Part shown: positions 50,079-61,825 of the stretch, in pieces
How the letters are laid out: every line of letters starts with the position of its first letter
How positions within the stretch are numbered: the stretch's first letter is position 1
DNA from: Neophaeotheca triangularis
Lineage: Eukaryota
NCBI GenBank assembly: GCA_054600435.1
Contig: BAAIJX010000017.1
Coordinates: forward strand, 248,001 to 312,000
Length of the DNA: 64,000 nucleotides
Direction of reading: 5' to 3'
The notes under the pieces: generated by a model
What the model saw: the letters and a program-made list of their open reading frames with translations, nothing else
What the model was told of the DNA's origin: nothing
Database searches by the model: none
Program-made: the position numbers and the translations under genes

Positions 50079-51839
50079 CTAATCATACATGCACTCCACA
50101 AGGTAGATGAGGCCGAAAGCCAAGAATGCCAGGGCACCGCCGATGGTAACTTTGCAAACATATTAGCGCAAACTTCACAGCAACAGCAAAATCTACCGGG
50201 TGGGGGGACAAAACTCACCAACACGCATGCTAACTTTCCCAGCAAGTGCGCGACCTCCCAGAACTGCCACGCCAGTGCACACGGCGTGTCCGGTGATGGC
50301 GCCCAGCGTTACGAGCCAGTAGTCCTGTCCGGCAGCCATGGCAATTGTCGCAATTTGTGAGCGGTCGCCCCACTCGCCTAGGAAGGTCATGACGAATGTT
50401 TGCACCCATGCGGGACTCATGATCAAACCCGCAAGGTTCATGAGACCGCCGAGACCGCCTTTGCTAGGGCTGGGGGAGCGAGAGCCGGGAGATGAAGGGG
50501 GCGAGGGGTCGCCGCCGCCGTTGGGTCGTTTGATGGAGTGGGAACGACGACCGCGGCCGGCTTCGAGGCTGTAAGGGTCTTCGTGATGATGATGGTGGTG
50601 GTGGGATCCGTGACGTTCCATCTCGTGTTCCTTTTCTTCGAGCTCGGCTTCGACTTCGCGCATTTCCTCGCCAACGCCGGCATCTTTGTCCATGGCGAGA
50701 CCTTCGTGGAGCATTTTGGCACCGAAGACGAGGAAGAGGATTGCGGCGGCGAAAGCGGTGAATTTCTTCGGCAGCAGGGTGGGGACTGCGTGTCCGAGCA
50801 CGGCGCTGAGGACGGTCATGACGATTAACGCGCCAAAAGCTGCGCTGAAGACTTGCAGGCGCGGGTGTCGCATTGCCATCAGAGCAGCTACGAGGAAAGT
50901 CTTGTCGCCGATTTCAGAGAACAGGATCATAGTGAGAGAGAGCACAAAGGAGTGGAACCATTCCATGTAGCCCTCGTCTTCAGCTGGCGCGAGGGAGCCA
51001 TCGGGTTGCGGGATGCTGGGTTTGGGCTTTTCGCCCTCGGTGTAGGGGAGCGTTTCTTTGAGCCAGCTGTCTCGGCCTCCGCTCACAGGTGGGCCATCCT
51101 CCCGCTCGGTGACCACAGGCGATCGTGTGTCCGTATAAGGGATGTTGTGCGGTTTTTCGGGAAGGTCTTCCGGTTTCTCCATCCCGTAACCTCCATCACC
51201 GTACTCCCCGCCCTTCTTCTTCGCTCCCTCACCCTGCTCGTCGGCCGCGTCCTTCCTTGCGCCACTCTTCTCCCCATGTTTCTCCTGATCAGCCTCAATA
51301 CGCTTCTGCTCGCTGTGTGGTAAAGGCGGCGCCTCTTCGGGGCTCTTGGGCTTGTTCTCCGCATTGCCCTTCATCAGCCGCTCCTTTTCCTTCTCAGTGA
51401 CCCCGCCCTCCGTTCCAGTGGTCCCCTTCCTCGGCACTGGCCTGCCCTCGTCATTCATGACACCATCGTTCTTCTCGGGTATGTCTTCTATTCTCCAGCC
51501 CTCGGAATCAACTGTCTCGTCTCCGAAGTTCTTCAACGAAGTAGGAACTGCTTTGGCGGCTTCAGTGTCCTCGGGCGTGGTGTCGACAAAGGGCCCCGCG
51601 TGGGGCTTGCCGTCCATGCCATCGACGGGCGCATCTTCGGTGCCTTTATACGGTTTTGTCTCGCCAGCCAGTTGAGCGTTTTTCTGCGCTTCCTCTGGCG
51701 TTCGTGCTTGCGCTCCGTGGTTGAGAGCGAGTATTTGGTCGTTGGTGAGTGCGTCGGCTGGTGATCGTCGTTGGAGATGTGCGGATGCGAGGGCTGGTGC
51801 GAGGAATAGCAAAAGTGGGAGCGGTTTCCGGAGTTTCAT
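50079..51839 (-). CDS. GDT1: GDT1/TMEM165 (UPF0016) Ca2+/Mn2+ transporter
   Basis: Two signature motifs EIGDKT and EWGDRSQ. Signal peptide and long acidic N-terminus. Intron 50218-50150; last exon VTIGGALAFLAFGLIYLVECMYD*. Confidence 0.92.
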
Positions 51840-52579
51840 GGTCGGTGTACCCTGAAAGATTTAGGCCTTGACGGGTAGGTGTATAAGGGAGGGGGGCGTT
51901 GAATGTATATGGGACAAGCAAGGGTCAGAGACGCTTTTCCAAGTTAAATTATTGTGAAGTCAATAAGTATGATTGAAATGGAGTCGCACACGGCATGAGA
52001 TCAAGTGTCGTTGTCGTATGGCTGGTAGCACAGCAGTGGGGTGGGACAGTAGTAAGAAGAAGAAGAAGAAAAGAATGGCAGGTATGTAGTAGTAGTAGTA
52101 ATAGTAGTAGTAACTAGTAGTGGGTAAAGTTTCAAGGGATGTCCAGATGTCCCTAAGCACTAACCAAGCACTCCTGTAACTGCCACTGCCAGGCGTGTCT
52201 CTTGTCTCTTGTCTCTTGTCAGGTCTGGATGCCCGGGACGGGAGCGGGGACCTGAGCTGAGTTTTGGCGAAGCTGAGGACTACATTATTATGTAAGCAGC
52301 ATCACAATATGGAAGTCTCTAAAACGGGCTTAGCGCCTTTCACTCCTGGCTAGGTAGCAAGGCTAGGCAGCAGTAGGCAGCAGTCACACACAACAACAAC
52401 GACGCGACTTGCACTTGGCTTCCAATTGGCTTAAGGTTCAGCCTCAGTCCAACACCCGACGCTTCTCCCCCTTCTACTCCCCCCCTTCTCCTCCCCTCCC
52501 CCTTCCACACAGATAATACCTTACTGTCCAAGGAACATAGTCGTCTGGACTGTGTAGAGTCAGGTTAAAGGGATAAGAG

Positions 52580-55263
52580 ATGGCAAAAGTGTCATCCACC
52601 GCGCCACCGGCCAGCCGTAATGGCGACGGTCACGGTCAGAGTGCGCCGTCTGCCAGCGCGCCTGGTGCCAGAGTGACGCGTAGCGCCAGTCGTGAGCCAG
52701 TCGAGCAAACCTCGCCTCGTCGTACCCGTGGTGCGAGGCAGCAGCAAGTGCTGGAAGCTGGTGTAAAGGGTGGACAACCGCAGCGTCATGTTGAGAATGG
52801 AAATAGTGATAATGTTCATGGTATGTTGCGGCCTTGAATTTGCTAACCCTAACCTCAACCATAACCCCAACCATAACCCCTACCCTTCATCATCCATCAC
52901 GCACCATAACATGTGTTCATACTACCTAGGGTTTCATCGCTAACGTCAACTTACCATCCCATTAGATCAGCAACTTGCCACTGTCGTCGAAGACGATCAT
53001 GCCATCGACCCCGAACTCACCGCTGCCGACGATGCCGAAGCCCTTCGTCGCGCCTCGGTCGGCGCCCAGTCAGTGGCCCTCTCCGGCACCACCGCAAAGA
53101 CTTCCTTTTCCGACACCGAAATTGGCCAGATCGACAAGGACCTGGTCCTCGAGACCCTGCCTCGCCTTGACGCTGACGCTGAATCAATCCTCCAACTGTT
53201 GCTCCCCACCGATTTGAACGCGCGCGCAATCGTGTGGAAAGAGATTGCTCAAGAAGGCTCCCTGGCACAAAAGATATTCGCTCGCCGCCTCGCCAGCTTC
53301 ACAGTCGACAAGTCTGACTTTGGCTCCAAGCTGTACATTGACCAGAACATCGTTCTACGTGTGCTGCTCGACGCTCTGACTACTGGAGAGCTCCCCAACG
53401 GTCTCTGGCGGCCTGATCCGCTTTTGGCCAAGGCCAATGTCGCACAGGCTCTCGCCGCTCTGGTGCAGATTGGCAATCACCAGAGCTCCAACTACGCCAA
53501 ATGCTACGAAGGACTCTTGCCGCTAGAGAGGTCCTTTGCCAAGGCTATTGGCACTCCAGTCTTCACAAAGGAAGCCTTCGAAACGTACCTTGCTATCGCT
53601 ACGCAGCTGGCTATCACCCGTCTCGCTGTGGGCCGCGAAGAGTCGGACTTCTCCCCCCATCGATATGTCACGATGACCTTTTGGGAGGACTCGGATGATG
53701 GAGAGAGCGTCTTCCCGCACATTGAGGACCTTCACATGCAGAGGCTGCAGGATGACGCCTTACAAGCATGCATGTTTCGGATCAACGAGCGCGCGCAGGA
53801 TCTGCTCGAACCGTTCGGTGAAGGCGACATGGAAGATGAGCAGTATGTCGCCGCCGTTAACGCCCTGCACGCCAAGTATCCTTGGTCGACATTCCTGGAG
53901 GAAATCCGCAAATATGCCGTTGGTCGCAAAGCACAGCTTGACCGTCGTATCATGCAAGCTGGTGGGACTGAAGGCCTCGTCGCAAAACTTCGCAAGCAGG
54001 TCGACCAGCTGGACGATGCGCGCCTGACAGAGACCCGGAAACAAAGCTTGATGCAGACCGGTGGTACTCCAACTACAAAAAAAGGTTATGGTAAGGGCGC
54101 TGCGGCTTACGTCAGGGAACGCCAGCAACAAGTCGCCCAGCAGAATGTTGCTCCCATCGCTCAGATGGGCCAGGCTCCAATCGCCTACCCTCAAAATGCC
54201 CCGCCTATGGACGACAACCTAGAGGACTTCCTCGTCGATCCTACGCCTGACCCTGCTGCTACCGCTCAAGGCACTGCTCAGGCCGGTCTCGCGCAGCTTT
54301 CCGGCAGGGGCTCCTCTAACCTTGAGATGTTGTCAAACTTCCAAACCCAACAGGCCCGCAACGCCGGTCAAGCAACGTCTGGACACCAGGGCAAGCAGAG
54401 GTCCTTCCTCGATCGTCAAGCAGGTGCTCAGCGTATAGAGTGGGAAACCCAGCCCTCTCAGTACTCGAATTACAACGCGGAAGACGCTCAACTCGCGTCG
54501 CGTCTGGGCAAGCACGCTCGCGACGAACCCGATGAGCAAGACGCTTTCGAGCCAACCCAAGACGAGGGCTTCCAAGTTGACACCCGCGACCACACCGGCA
54601 CCAGAGTCCAACGCGCGCTTGCCCCAGCTGTCGACCCAGGCCCTGCTCCAATGGCAAGTATGGGCAGCACTCTGAGCGAGGAGATTGCTCGCTCCAACCC
54701 GGCCAAGCGCCAGCGCAAGAACCCCGGTTCCTCCATTCCCCAGCCCCTCGCACCATTCGAACCCGACGACGACATGTCCGATGCCAAACCAACCTCACAA
54801 TACGAGCGCGCCAAGATCAGCGCCAAACAAAAGCGCGCCATCGCTCAATCGCAAAAACCGCCGCAAGTGCGCCGTCCCTGGAACGACGAGGAGGAAGCCG
54901 CGCTCATCGAGCTCATCGAAGAGCTAGGCGAAGAAGGAATCAGCTGGTCGAGCCTGAAATCAGCCGACAGCAACCGCGGCGATGAACCTAGATTGCCGAA
55001 CCGCAGTTCTGAGGACATGCGATTCAAAGCCCGGAATATGAAGTTGACTTTCTTGCTGTAAGTTCCGCTACTCCTTTACACTGGTTTGGTTTCAATTTCC
55101 TTTGTCCTGCTTTGCTAACATATTTGGCGTTAACAGAGGCGAAATGCCGCTCCCTCAGAATTGGAGCCACGTCATCCTCGACAAGAAGGCTAGGGACAAG
55201 CTCGCAGACCGTGGAATCCAGTACCACCAGGAGAGCGTCAGGCAGAGTGGCGTGGGCGTTTGA
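52580..55263 (+). CDS. Myb/SANT (telobox-like) domain protein, possibly a telomere-repeat binding factor
   Basis: Exons 52580-52820, 52966-55057 and 55137-55263 join in frame. C-terminal RRPWNDEEEAALIELIEELG..GISWSSLK...NRSSEDMRFKARNMK. Confidence 0.75.
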
Positions 55264-55942
55264 GCAGCCTTTTACCACCCGAACAAAGATGGCATGAGAT
55301 GACGACGCCAGTTCAGGTTGCGAGAGAAGTCGGGACTGAGCAGCAACGAGACTTGCTGGGCGTTCCTCCACCGTATCAAGGGCACGAATTCTATTGGGGA
55401 ATGGTTTGCGGCGTATATATATATCCAGGCAAAGGCACTACATTTTCTTCTCTACTCGAGGGCGCTGGGAAAGATCTGTTTCCGGGACCAGTATCTTGAA
55501 GACGGCAGAGCTCGCCACATGCCAGTCAAGACAACTTTGCGGTTCTGGGCTTTTTGTATTAATGTCTATCTACCTACCTACCTACCGTGCTTCTTACAAT
55601 GCTCGCACCTTTCTGCTATCTTTTGAGTTTTTATGCTTGGCGGTGCTTTCTGGCGCTGTTTTCGAACGGGGTGCTTACGTTTGAGTGCTGCGGGGCTTTT
55701 GTGAACTTTGATTGAGAGGGTGAACTTCGCCTGGGCACGGCAGATCGTTGCGGTCATCTGTGACGGGGATCTGAACGAGAAGGGAGTTGTTGATTGTGGT
55801 TTCTCGAGAGCGATGGACATATTGACTAGGAAATATCGAGTGGTAGGACCGGATATTTTAAGAGACCGCGTGAGCCCACTCCCTTACACCCTCCAAGCCC
55901 CACATTCCCAATCCCAAGCACGGCCCGGGTCAAGTGGGCACC

Positions 55943-57295
55943 CTACCTCCTCCCCAAATCCACATCCAGAACCGTGACAAACCCATCATCCTCCTCCTGC
56001 TCTCCATCATCCGCCCCATCCTTCCCACCACCGACGGCAAAAACCCCCTTTAACCCCCTCCCCACGACCCCCTCAACCAAACCGCCAACCACCCCCCTCA
56101 ACTCGCCCCCAGTCTGCGCAAAATCCGGAAACGCATTAACCTCCAACAAGCACACCCCACCCGTTTCATCGACCATAAAATCCACCCCAAAAACCTCAAA
56201 AGCATTGGGTAAAGTCTGGAAATGCACCGACATAGCTCTAGCGGCGGCCTCGAAAACCTGCGCCGTGGCTTCACACACCTGCTCGAAAACGGAGCGTTTC
56301 CAGTCGCTTTGTGCCGGCAAGTTGGGCAGAGTGGATGGCAGGGACCAGAAACTGTGCACGGAGCCTTCGCGCTCGCCCGATTGGAGGCAGGTGTTTGTTA
56401 AGTGTCTGGCGAGGGCTGTGGGGCTGGTTGTTGTTGACGGGGTTGGGGCGCTGTAGGTTTGGCCGGCGAAGAGCGCGAGCATGGGTTTGTAGACGGCGAT
56501 GCGGAGGCTTCCTGTTGCGAGGACGTAGGTGCGGAGGTGGAATTTGCGGTTGCTGGAGGGGTGGGGTGGGGGGAGGAGCAAGGGCGGGTGGATATAGGGT
56601 TGGACGACGAAGTGGCGGAGTTGGGAGGTGATGATGCCGTTGGTGTTGGTTGGGGCGGGGTTGGAAGAGGAGGAGGGTGGTGGTGTGGAGGTTGGGGAGG
56701 ATTGGGGTTCGCCGTTGGAGTCGTCGTCATCTTCGTCGTCAGAGGGCGGGTCCCACTCTTCGAAGATGGCGGTGAGTTCTTCTTCGGAGCTGAAGAGACG
56801 GATGCCCTGGCCTCGGTCGCTCATGCCGGGCTTGAGGATCCACCACTCCTTCTCGTCGTCCCCTTTGCCCTCGTTACGCGCCCAACTCTCTCGCAGCTCC
56901 CACGCTTCGGCGGCATCGAGCGCTTCGTCTAAGAACTCAGCATAATCGACCTCAAAGTCCACGCTGGGTTTTGTGTATTTCCGCAATACACTTTCCGGGT
57001 TCTTGGTGAGCCAGTGTGCCACTGTGGCTGAAAGGTAGTGTTTCCGGATGAGAGCTTTGCGGATCACGTAGCTGTTTGCGAGACTGGTTGATGGGTTGTC
57101 TAGTAGGTGGTCAAAGTCTATGCTTTCGTATTGCCGCCATTGGAGGAGTCGGCTGTTCGGTGATGGCAGCTCTGCAACGTCTTTGATGAGGACGAGGAGT
57201 TCTGGTGGAATTTTTGCTTTTAGAGCTTCGAGTATGAGTGGTTGCACATAATCGTCTTCGTAGTCGATGATCGCGTATATCTTATCGTCGGCCAT
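55943..57295 (-). CDS. Tubulin-tyrosine ligase family (ATP-grasp) protein, Pby1-like
   Basis: NSYVIRKALIRKHYL, WILKPGMSDRGQGIRLF, FVVQPYIHPPLL, RKFHLRTYVL, HLTNTCLQ, FEVFGVDFMVD, LLEVNAFPDF. Confidence 0.9.
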   Translation of the reverse strand: MADDKIYAIIDYEDDYVQPLILEALKAKIPPELLVLIKDVAELPSPNSRLLQWRQYESIDFDHLLDNPSTSLANSYVIRKALIRKHYLSATVAHWLTKNPESVLRKYTKPSVDFEVDYAEFLDEALDAAEAWELRESWARNEGKGDDEKEWWILKPGMSDRGQGIRLFSSEEELTAIFEEWDPPSDDEDDDDSNGEPQSSPTSTPPPSSSSNPAPTNTNGIITSQLRHFVVQPYIHPPLLLPPPHPSSNRKFHLRTYVLATGSLRIAVYKPMLALFAGQTYSAPTPSTTTSPTALARHLTNTCLQSGEREGSVHSFWSLPSTLPNLPAQSDWKRSVFEQVCEATAQVFEAAARAMSVHFQTLPNAFEVFGVDFMVDETGGVCLLEVNAFPDFAQTGGELRGVVGGLVEGVVGRGLKGVFAVGGGKDGADDGEQEEDDGFVTVLDVDLGRR

Positions 57296-57548
57296 GGCTG
57301 CAGCTTAATTGATCTTTATCACGTTGTCTGATCGCGACGTCCAAATTCTGGATCGTTTCTGATTTCTCACAGAGGTGAAGTCGGAAGTGGATCCCTTGGA
57401 CAGCCAATCAGAGACTCGGAAGCGTGTTGTATGTTTCAAGCAATAGGTAGCCTTGCTTGCACAACATTCATAAACATAGCATACCTATATTTCCTTCTGC
57501 ATCAGCCAAGTGGGAGCAGAGACCAACATTGTTGTTTCCCGGTCAACT

Positions 57549-58871
57549 TCAACTCTTTTTCGCCGGAGCCTTTCCAAAAAACGCACTCATCTTTTTCATC
57601 CCACTCGTGTCTACCTTTCCCAATTGCTTGATGCCGCGACTCTGGCTCTTCTTCTTTGCTTCTTCTTCCTCCTTTTTGCGCTTCTTCGCTTCAGCCTTTT
57701 CCATTTGCTCTTCGTCTTCCATTGCACTTCTCTTGCGACTAACGTTATCACTAATAGAGCGGAGAGCCTGCGCTTCCTTTTTGAGACCAGCGATGGCGGA
57801 GAGATGCTTGTCTAGGGTTGAGAAGCCTATAGGGGAGTCGGGGGAAGCGAGACGGATGGTGAGGGGTGTGCGGAGGTGGGAAGGCGTGTATGCGTGGAGG
57901 AGGTAGGTGAGGGCGGTTCGTAGGCGAAGTTGGCGGATGGTTTCTTCTGTGGCTGCCGCTGGCATATCGGATGCTGGGGTCGAAGCTATTGAAGTTGCGG
58001 CTGTAGAACCGCTCGTGGTTGTTGTCGCTGAATTCTTGGATTCTTGCGAGTCCTCGGCTGAGACAGTCTGGGACTCTGCGCCTGCGTCTGCGTTCTCCTG
58101 ATCCGCATCTGCGCTGATGCCACTCTCTTCCCTTTTAACACTCAACACTGGCACTTCCAATTCCTGCCGCACAAACCGCTCGTCCATGCTCGCGGGCAGA
58201 CCGTGTTCAGTCATCGCCGTTGCCTTGCGCAATAACTCCTCAAGTAGCTTGGCAAGCGAGAGTTTGTACATTTTTTCGTCTCCAGCATCCACCGTATCGC
58301 AGACCGCGGCTAGGCGGGATTCAAAACGCGCCTCAAGCTTCTTTCTCGCAGCTTCATCATCACACATCTGGCGGAGATGCGCGGCCTTGTCCGTCAAGCG
58401 CTCCATGTAATCTGAGAAAGCGAGAAACATGGTGTCGTTGGGTGATAGGGTCGACAGTAGGAGAAACATTGGGTCGATTGGTGTAGCGACGAGCAGCTGA
58501 GGTGTTTCCAGCACGTAGCCCTGGCTATCTGATTCGGATTCAGATTCAGTCTTCGATCCACCATCTTGTCCTGTGATTGCCTCCTTTGTTGTCCTTTCTG
58601 GAGCCAACAGCCAGCTCCTGCAACCCTTGTTGGGCGCGGCAATGCTGGTGAATTCAAACGTCCCTTTTTCCGGACAGATGAAGTATCGATTTGGAACTGA
58701 TGTCGCCGGGTTTGGTAAGGATGCTACTCGCGCTTCGCTTGAGGCATCTTTGGGCAGAACGAACAGCTGCGATGGCTCTGCTACGCTGGGCCGGAGGGAG
58801 TTGGTAGTGGTCGACTTTGGTGTTTCTTCCTTGGTCTTGCTCGTGGTAGGCTTCTTGGAGCGCGTCTTCAT
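57549..58871 (-). CDS. RNH202: Ribonuclease H2 subunit B
   Basis: LFVLP...LPNPAT...RYF.CPEKG.FEFT, RSWLL, LVATPIDPMFLLL, VCDTVDAGDEKMYKL, LPASMDERFV. C-terminal PIP-box-like GMKKMSAFF. Likely start MKTRS at 58871. Confidence 0.85.
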   Translation of the reverse strand: MKTRSKKPTTSKTKEETPKSTTTNSLRPSVAEPSQLFVLPKDASSEARVASLPNPATSVPNRYFICPEKGTFEFTSIAAPNKGCRSWLLAPERTTKEAITGQDGGSKTESESESDSQGYVLETPQLLVATPIDPMFLLLSTLSPNDTMFLAFSDYMERLTDKAAHLRQMCDDEAARKKLEARFESRLAAVCDTVDAGDEKMYKLSLAKLLEELLRKATAMTEHGLPASMDERFVRQELEVPVLSVKREESGISADADQENADAGAESQTVSAEDSQESKNSATTTTSGSTAATSIASTPASDMPAAATEETIRQLRLRTALTYLLHAYTPSHLRTPLTIRLASPDSPIGFSTLDKHLSAIAGLKKEAQALRSISDNVSRKRSAMEDEEQMEKAEAKKRKKEEEEAKKKSQSRGIKQLGKVDTSGMKKMSAFFGKAPAKKS

Positions 58872-59031
58872 GATGCTGGGGTGACTCTTGCTGTGCAATG
58901 GTATGTTTGGTTCAGATATGTCGAGTAGAAGCTGCGACAATAGTATGCTTGGATACTCGTTCTGGCTGTAATGTTGCTATACGATTCTGCCCGAATACTA
59001 GTAGTTATCAAATTGAATGAAGCAAAGTTGG

Positions 59032-59049
59032 ACGCGTCCAGAGTCGCGT
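59032..59049. promoter_or_regulatory. MCB-like elements (ACGCGT, TCGCGT) in the divergent RNH202/MCM10 promoter
   Basis: ACGCGT at 59032-59037 and TCGCGT at 59044-59049, between two DNA-replication genes. Confidence 0.55.
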
Positions 59050-59248
59050 CTCCTCACGATCCCCGCAGACGTTTCGGAATTAATTGCTGCATGATACTTG
59101 AACCCTGAACCTTGAACCTTGTCGCACCAACCTCCCGTTGCTGTCTCTCTCTCTGCGCGACGGCAAGTAAACAAGATCCAGCATTGTCAACCCCGGACGA
59201 GAAGAAAGGGGAGTATCCTAATGCCCACGCGATTCACGAACAGCAGAC

Positions 59249-61825
59249 ATGGTCGTGGTCCGCCAATCTCCCAAGGCCCATGTCTCCCCGGACAAAACGG
59301 CTGAGCAATGGCCCCCACGATCTCCCTTTCAGGCCCTGCTCTCCTCCCCTAGTGGTCGCAAACGCTGGCAGGATAGGAGCAACACCATACGGGACCGAGA
59401 CCGAGAGGAGGATCGCTCTCCCTCGCCATCTCCACTACGAAAGCCAATGGAAAGTTCCAGAGCGTTGCAGGCATCGTTCGGAATGTCAAAGGCCGCAAAC
59501 GACGAAGAGGAGGAAGATGATGATGAAGAGACACTTCAACTACAATTGAAAGCCATTGAGGCCAAGTTGAAACTCAAGAAGCTGCAAAAAGCAAAAGGAA
59601 ACGACAGTGGCAGTGATGCACAGCAGTCAAACAGTAGCGCTCGTTCACGAGAAGAGACCATCAGAACGTCCCCCCGGAAAGCACTCGCAAATGCTCCCTC
59701 ATTGCGGCCTCCTGGGCAGGATCGTGTAGAGGTGCCTGTCTCGCCCAGCAAGGACCGTATTATACAGCAAAAGGATCAGCTATCACCGGCCCGTGTCAGA
59801 CTAGGTCTGGATGCTGCTGCCAAAGCCTCAGATGTCTCGCTCAAACGAGCCAGAGATGGTACACAGCTCAAAAAGTCCGATCCGACAAGGCCGGCATACA
59901 GCGATCGTGCAAACACTGATACTCCAAAACCAAAGAGCTTCAGTCAGAGGCTGGCTGAGAACAGACTTGATGCGCAAGGGCAAGAGGAGAAAAGCAGACG
60001 CATTCAGCAGTCGAGGAGTAAAGGCTTCGGTTTGGGGGCAGCTAGTGGTGGTGGTGGTATCAAGGACGATGAATCCTCGCCCTTCAAAACAGCCAGATCG
60101 AGGAGAAGTAACGAGCAGGGAAGTATGGCTCCGCCATCGATAGGAAGATCCCATTCCACATTCCGGCAAGGCAATGTAGACGCACAACACGAACTCACGC
60201 CCACGAGGCCGACCAGCTCCGATAGGTCTCCCGAGAGGTCATCAAAGACATTGAAGCAACCTCCGAAACCAGCCTCCAGCCACCACACGAATGACAGCGA
60301 GATGGACGTCGACTCTGTCCCAAAATCACAGTCCCAACCCCAACCCCAACCCCAACAGCACAACTCGTTCGAACCGCACTCCCAAACCCACCTCAGCAAA
60401 CGCCAAATCCCACATACCGATATCACACGCGCCCTCTCCTCCAAAGAAATTTACACCCTCCCTCGCCTGCTGAAAGAAGTCAAATCCCCACACTACGAGC
60501 CCCCCGACTGCGAATCCGACTTCGTGGTCCTCGCCATCCTCGCCTCCAAATCCACCCCCTTCAACCAGAAACCTGCCCACCACACCTCGGATTCCCACAA
60601 ACCCCAAGACGACCCCGCGGCCCCGCGCAACAAATTCATGGTCCTCAAACTCACAGACCTCAAATGGGAAGTTGACTGCTTCCTCTTCGGCAGCGCCTTC
60701 GACCAATTCTGGAAACTAACCCCAGGAACCCTCCTTGCCATTCTTAACCCCTCCATCATGCCCCCCAAAGCCTCCACAACCAACAGAAATGCCCAACACT
60801 CCGGACGCTTCAGCCTCAAACTCGGCAGCTCCGAAGATAGCGTCATGGAAATAGGCACCGCGCGCGACCTTGCCTGGTGCAGCAGCGTAAAAAAAGACGG
60901 CCAAACCTGCGGCGACTGGGTCAACAAGACCAAAAACGACTTGTGCGAATTCCACGTCAACATGCTTGTCGAGCGAGAGCGCAAAGGCCGCATGCAAGTC
61001 AACACCATGGCCCGCGGCGCCGGCGGGGCTTTCGCACCTAAGAGCCGCGAACGCAGCCAGGGCGGTCCGCGCGCCGTAAATAGAGACGCAGGCACTTACC
61101 ATCGCGAATTCGGCCAATTGTACTCGGTCGCCTCGGGCGGCAAGGGCTCCACGGCCGCCAGCCTCCTCGACGCCGACGATACGGACAAACTACACAGCAT
61201 GACGCGCGACGAAGCCAGCCGCAAACGTATCGCAGCCGCCGAACGCGAGCGCGCCACGGCAAAACGCCTGGGCGCCATGGGCAGCGGCATAGGCGCCGAG
61301 TACTTGCGGGCCAAACACGACCCCGCTGCCAACGCCACGGCAAGCGAGCTCGAGACCGCGCAGAATATGTTCGACAAACCCAAAATCGAGACGCTGGGGC
61401 TGCTGGGCAAGAGCGCCGGCGACCAGCGTCTTAGCCCTGCGAAGGATCGGAAGAGGCATTTCGGCATGGGCGCTGCGGCGATGGGGAAGAAGAATGGCCG
61501 GGCCGAGGGCGCAATGGGATGGGGCGGGGCGAGGAAGGCGGGGTTGTTGATGCCCAAGGCCGGGGCCGCGATGGGAAGTCCCGAGCGTGGGCAGGGGACG
61601 CTGGAGAGCGCGATGCGCCCGATGAGTAAGGGGAGTGCTACCGCTAGTGATGGGAGTGTGAGTCCGAGGAAGAAGAGGGCGAGATACGAGATTGTGGGCA
61701 AAGGGATCAGGGAACCTGGGAGGGAGAGTTTGGGGGAGGAGTTGAGTGGGGGGAAGAAAGGGATTGGGATTGAGGAGGATGGTGGTTATGATGACGATGA
61801 TGATGACGGGTTGGATATTGTTTAG
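59249..61825 (+). CDS. MCM10: DNA replication factor Mcm10
   Basis: WPPRSPFQALLSSPSGR N-terminus. OB fold DFVVLAILASKS...KFMVLKLTDLKWE..FLFG. CCCH finger CSSVKKDGQTCGDWVNKTKNDLCEFH. Confidence 0.92.
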   Translation: MVVVRQSPKAHVSPDKTAEQWPPRSPFQALLSSPSGRKRWQDRSNTIRDRDREEDRSPSPSPLRKPMESSRALQASFGMSKAANDEEEEDDDEETLQLQLKAIEAKLKLKKLQKAKGNDSGSDAQQSNSSARSREETIRTSPRKALANAPSLRPPGQDRVEVPVSPSKDRIIQQKDQLSPARVRLGLDAAAKASDVSLKRARDGTQLKKSDPTRPAYSDRANTDTPKPKSFSQRLAENRLDAQGQEEKSRRIQQSRSKGFGLGAASGGGGIKDDESSPFKTARSRRSNEQGSMAPPSIGRSHSTFRQGNVDAQHELTPTRPTSSDRSPERSSKTLKQPPKPASSHHTNDSEMDVDSVPKSQSQPQPQPQQHNSFEPHSQTHLSKRQIPHTDITRALSSKEIYTLPRLLKEVKSPHYEPPDCESDFVVLAILASKSTPFNQKPAHHTSDSHKPQDDPAAPRNKFMVLKLTDLKWEVDCFLFGSAFDQFWKLTPGTLLAILNPSIMPPKASTTNRNAQHSGRFSLKLGSSEDSVMEIGTARDLAWCSSVKKDGQTCGDWVNKTKNDLCEFHVNMLVERERKGRMQVNTMARGAGGAFAPKSRERSQGGPRAVNRDAGTYHREFGQLYSVASGGKGSTAASLLDADDTDKLHSMTRDEASRKRIAAAERERATAKRLGAMGSGIGAEYLRAKHDPAANATASELETAQNMFDKPKIETLGLLGKSAGDQRLSPAKDRKRHFGMGAAAMGKKNGRAEGAMGWGGARKAGLLMPKAGAAMGSPERGQGTLESAMRPMSKGSATASDGSVSPRKKRARYEIVGKGIREPGRESLGEELSGGKKGIGIEEDGGYDDDDDDGLDIV

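Noticed and set aside
52050..52220. (AAG)n, (TAG)n and (TGTCTCT)n simple repeats
   Set aside because: Ordinary microsatellites in the GDT1 upstream/UTR region.
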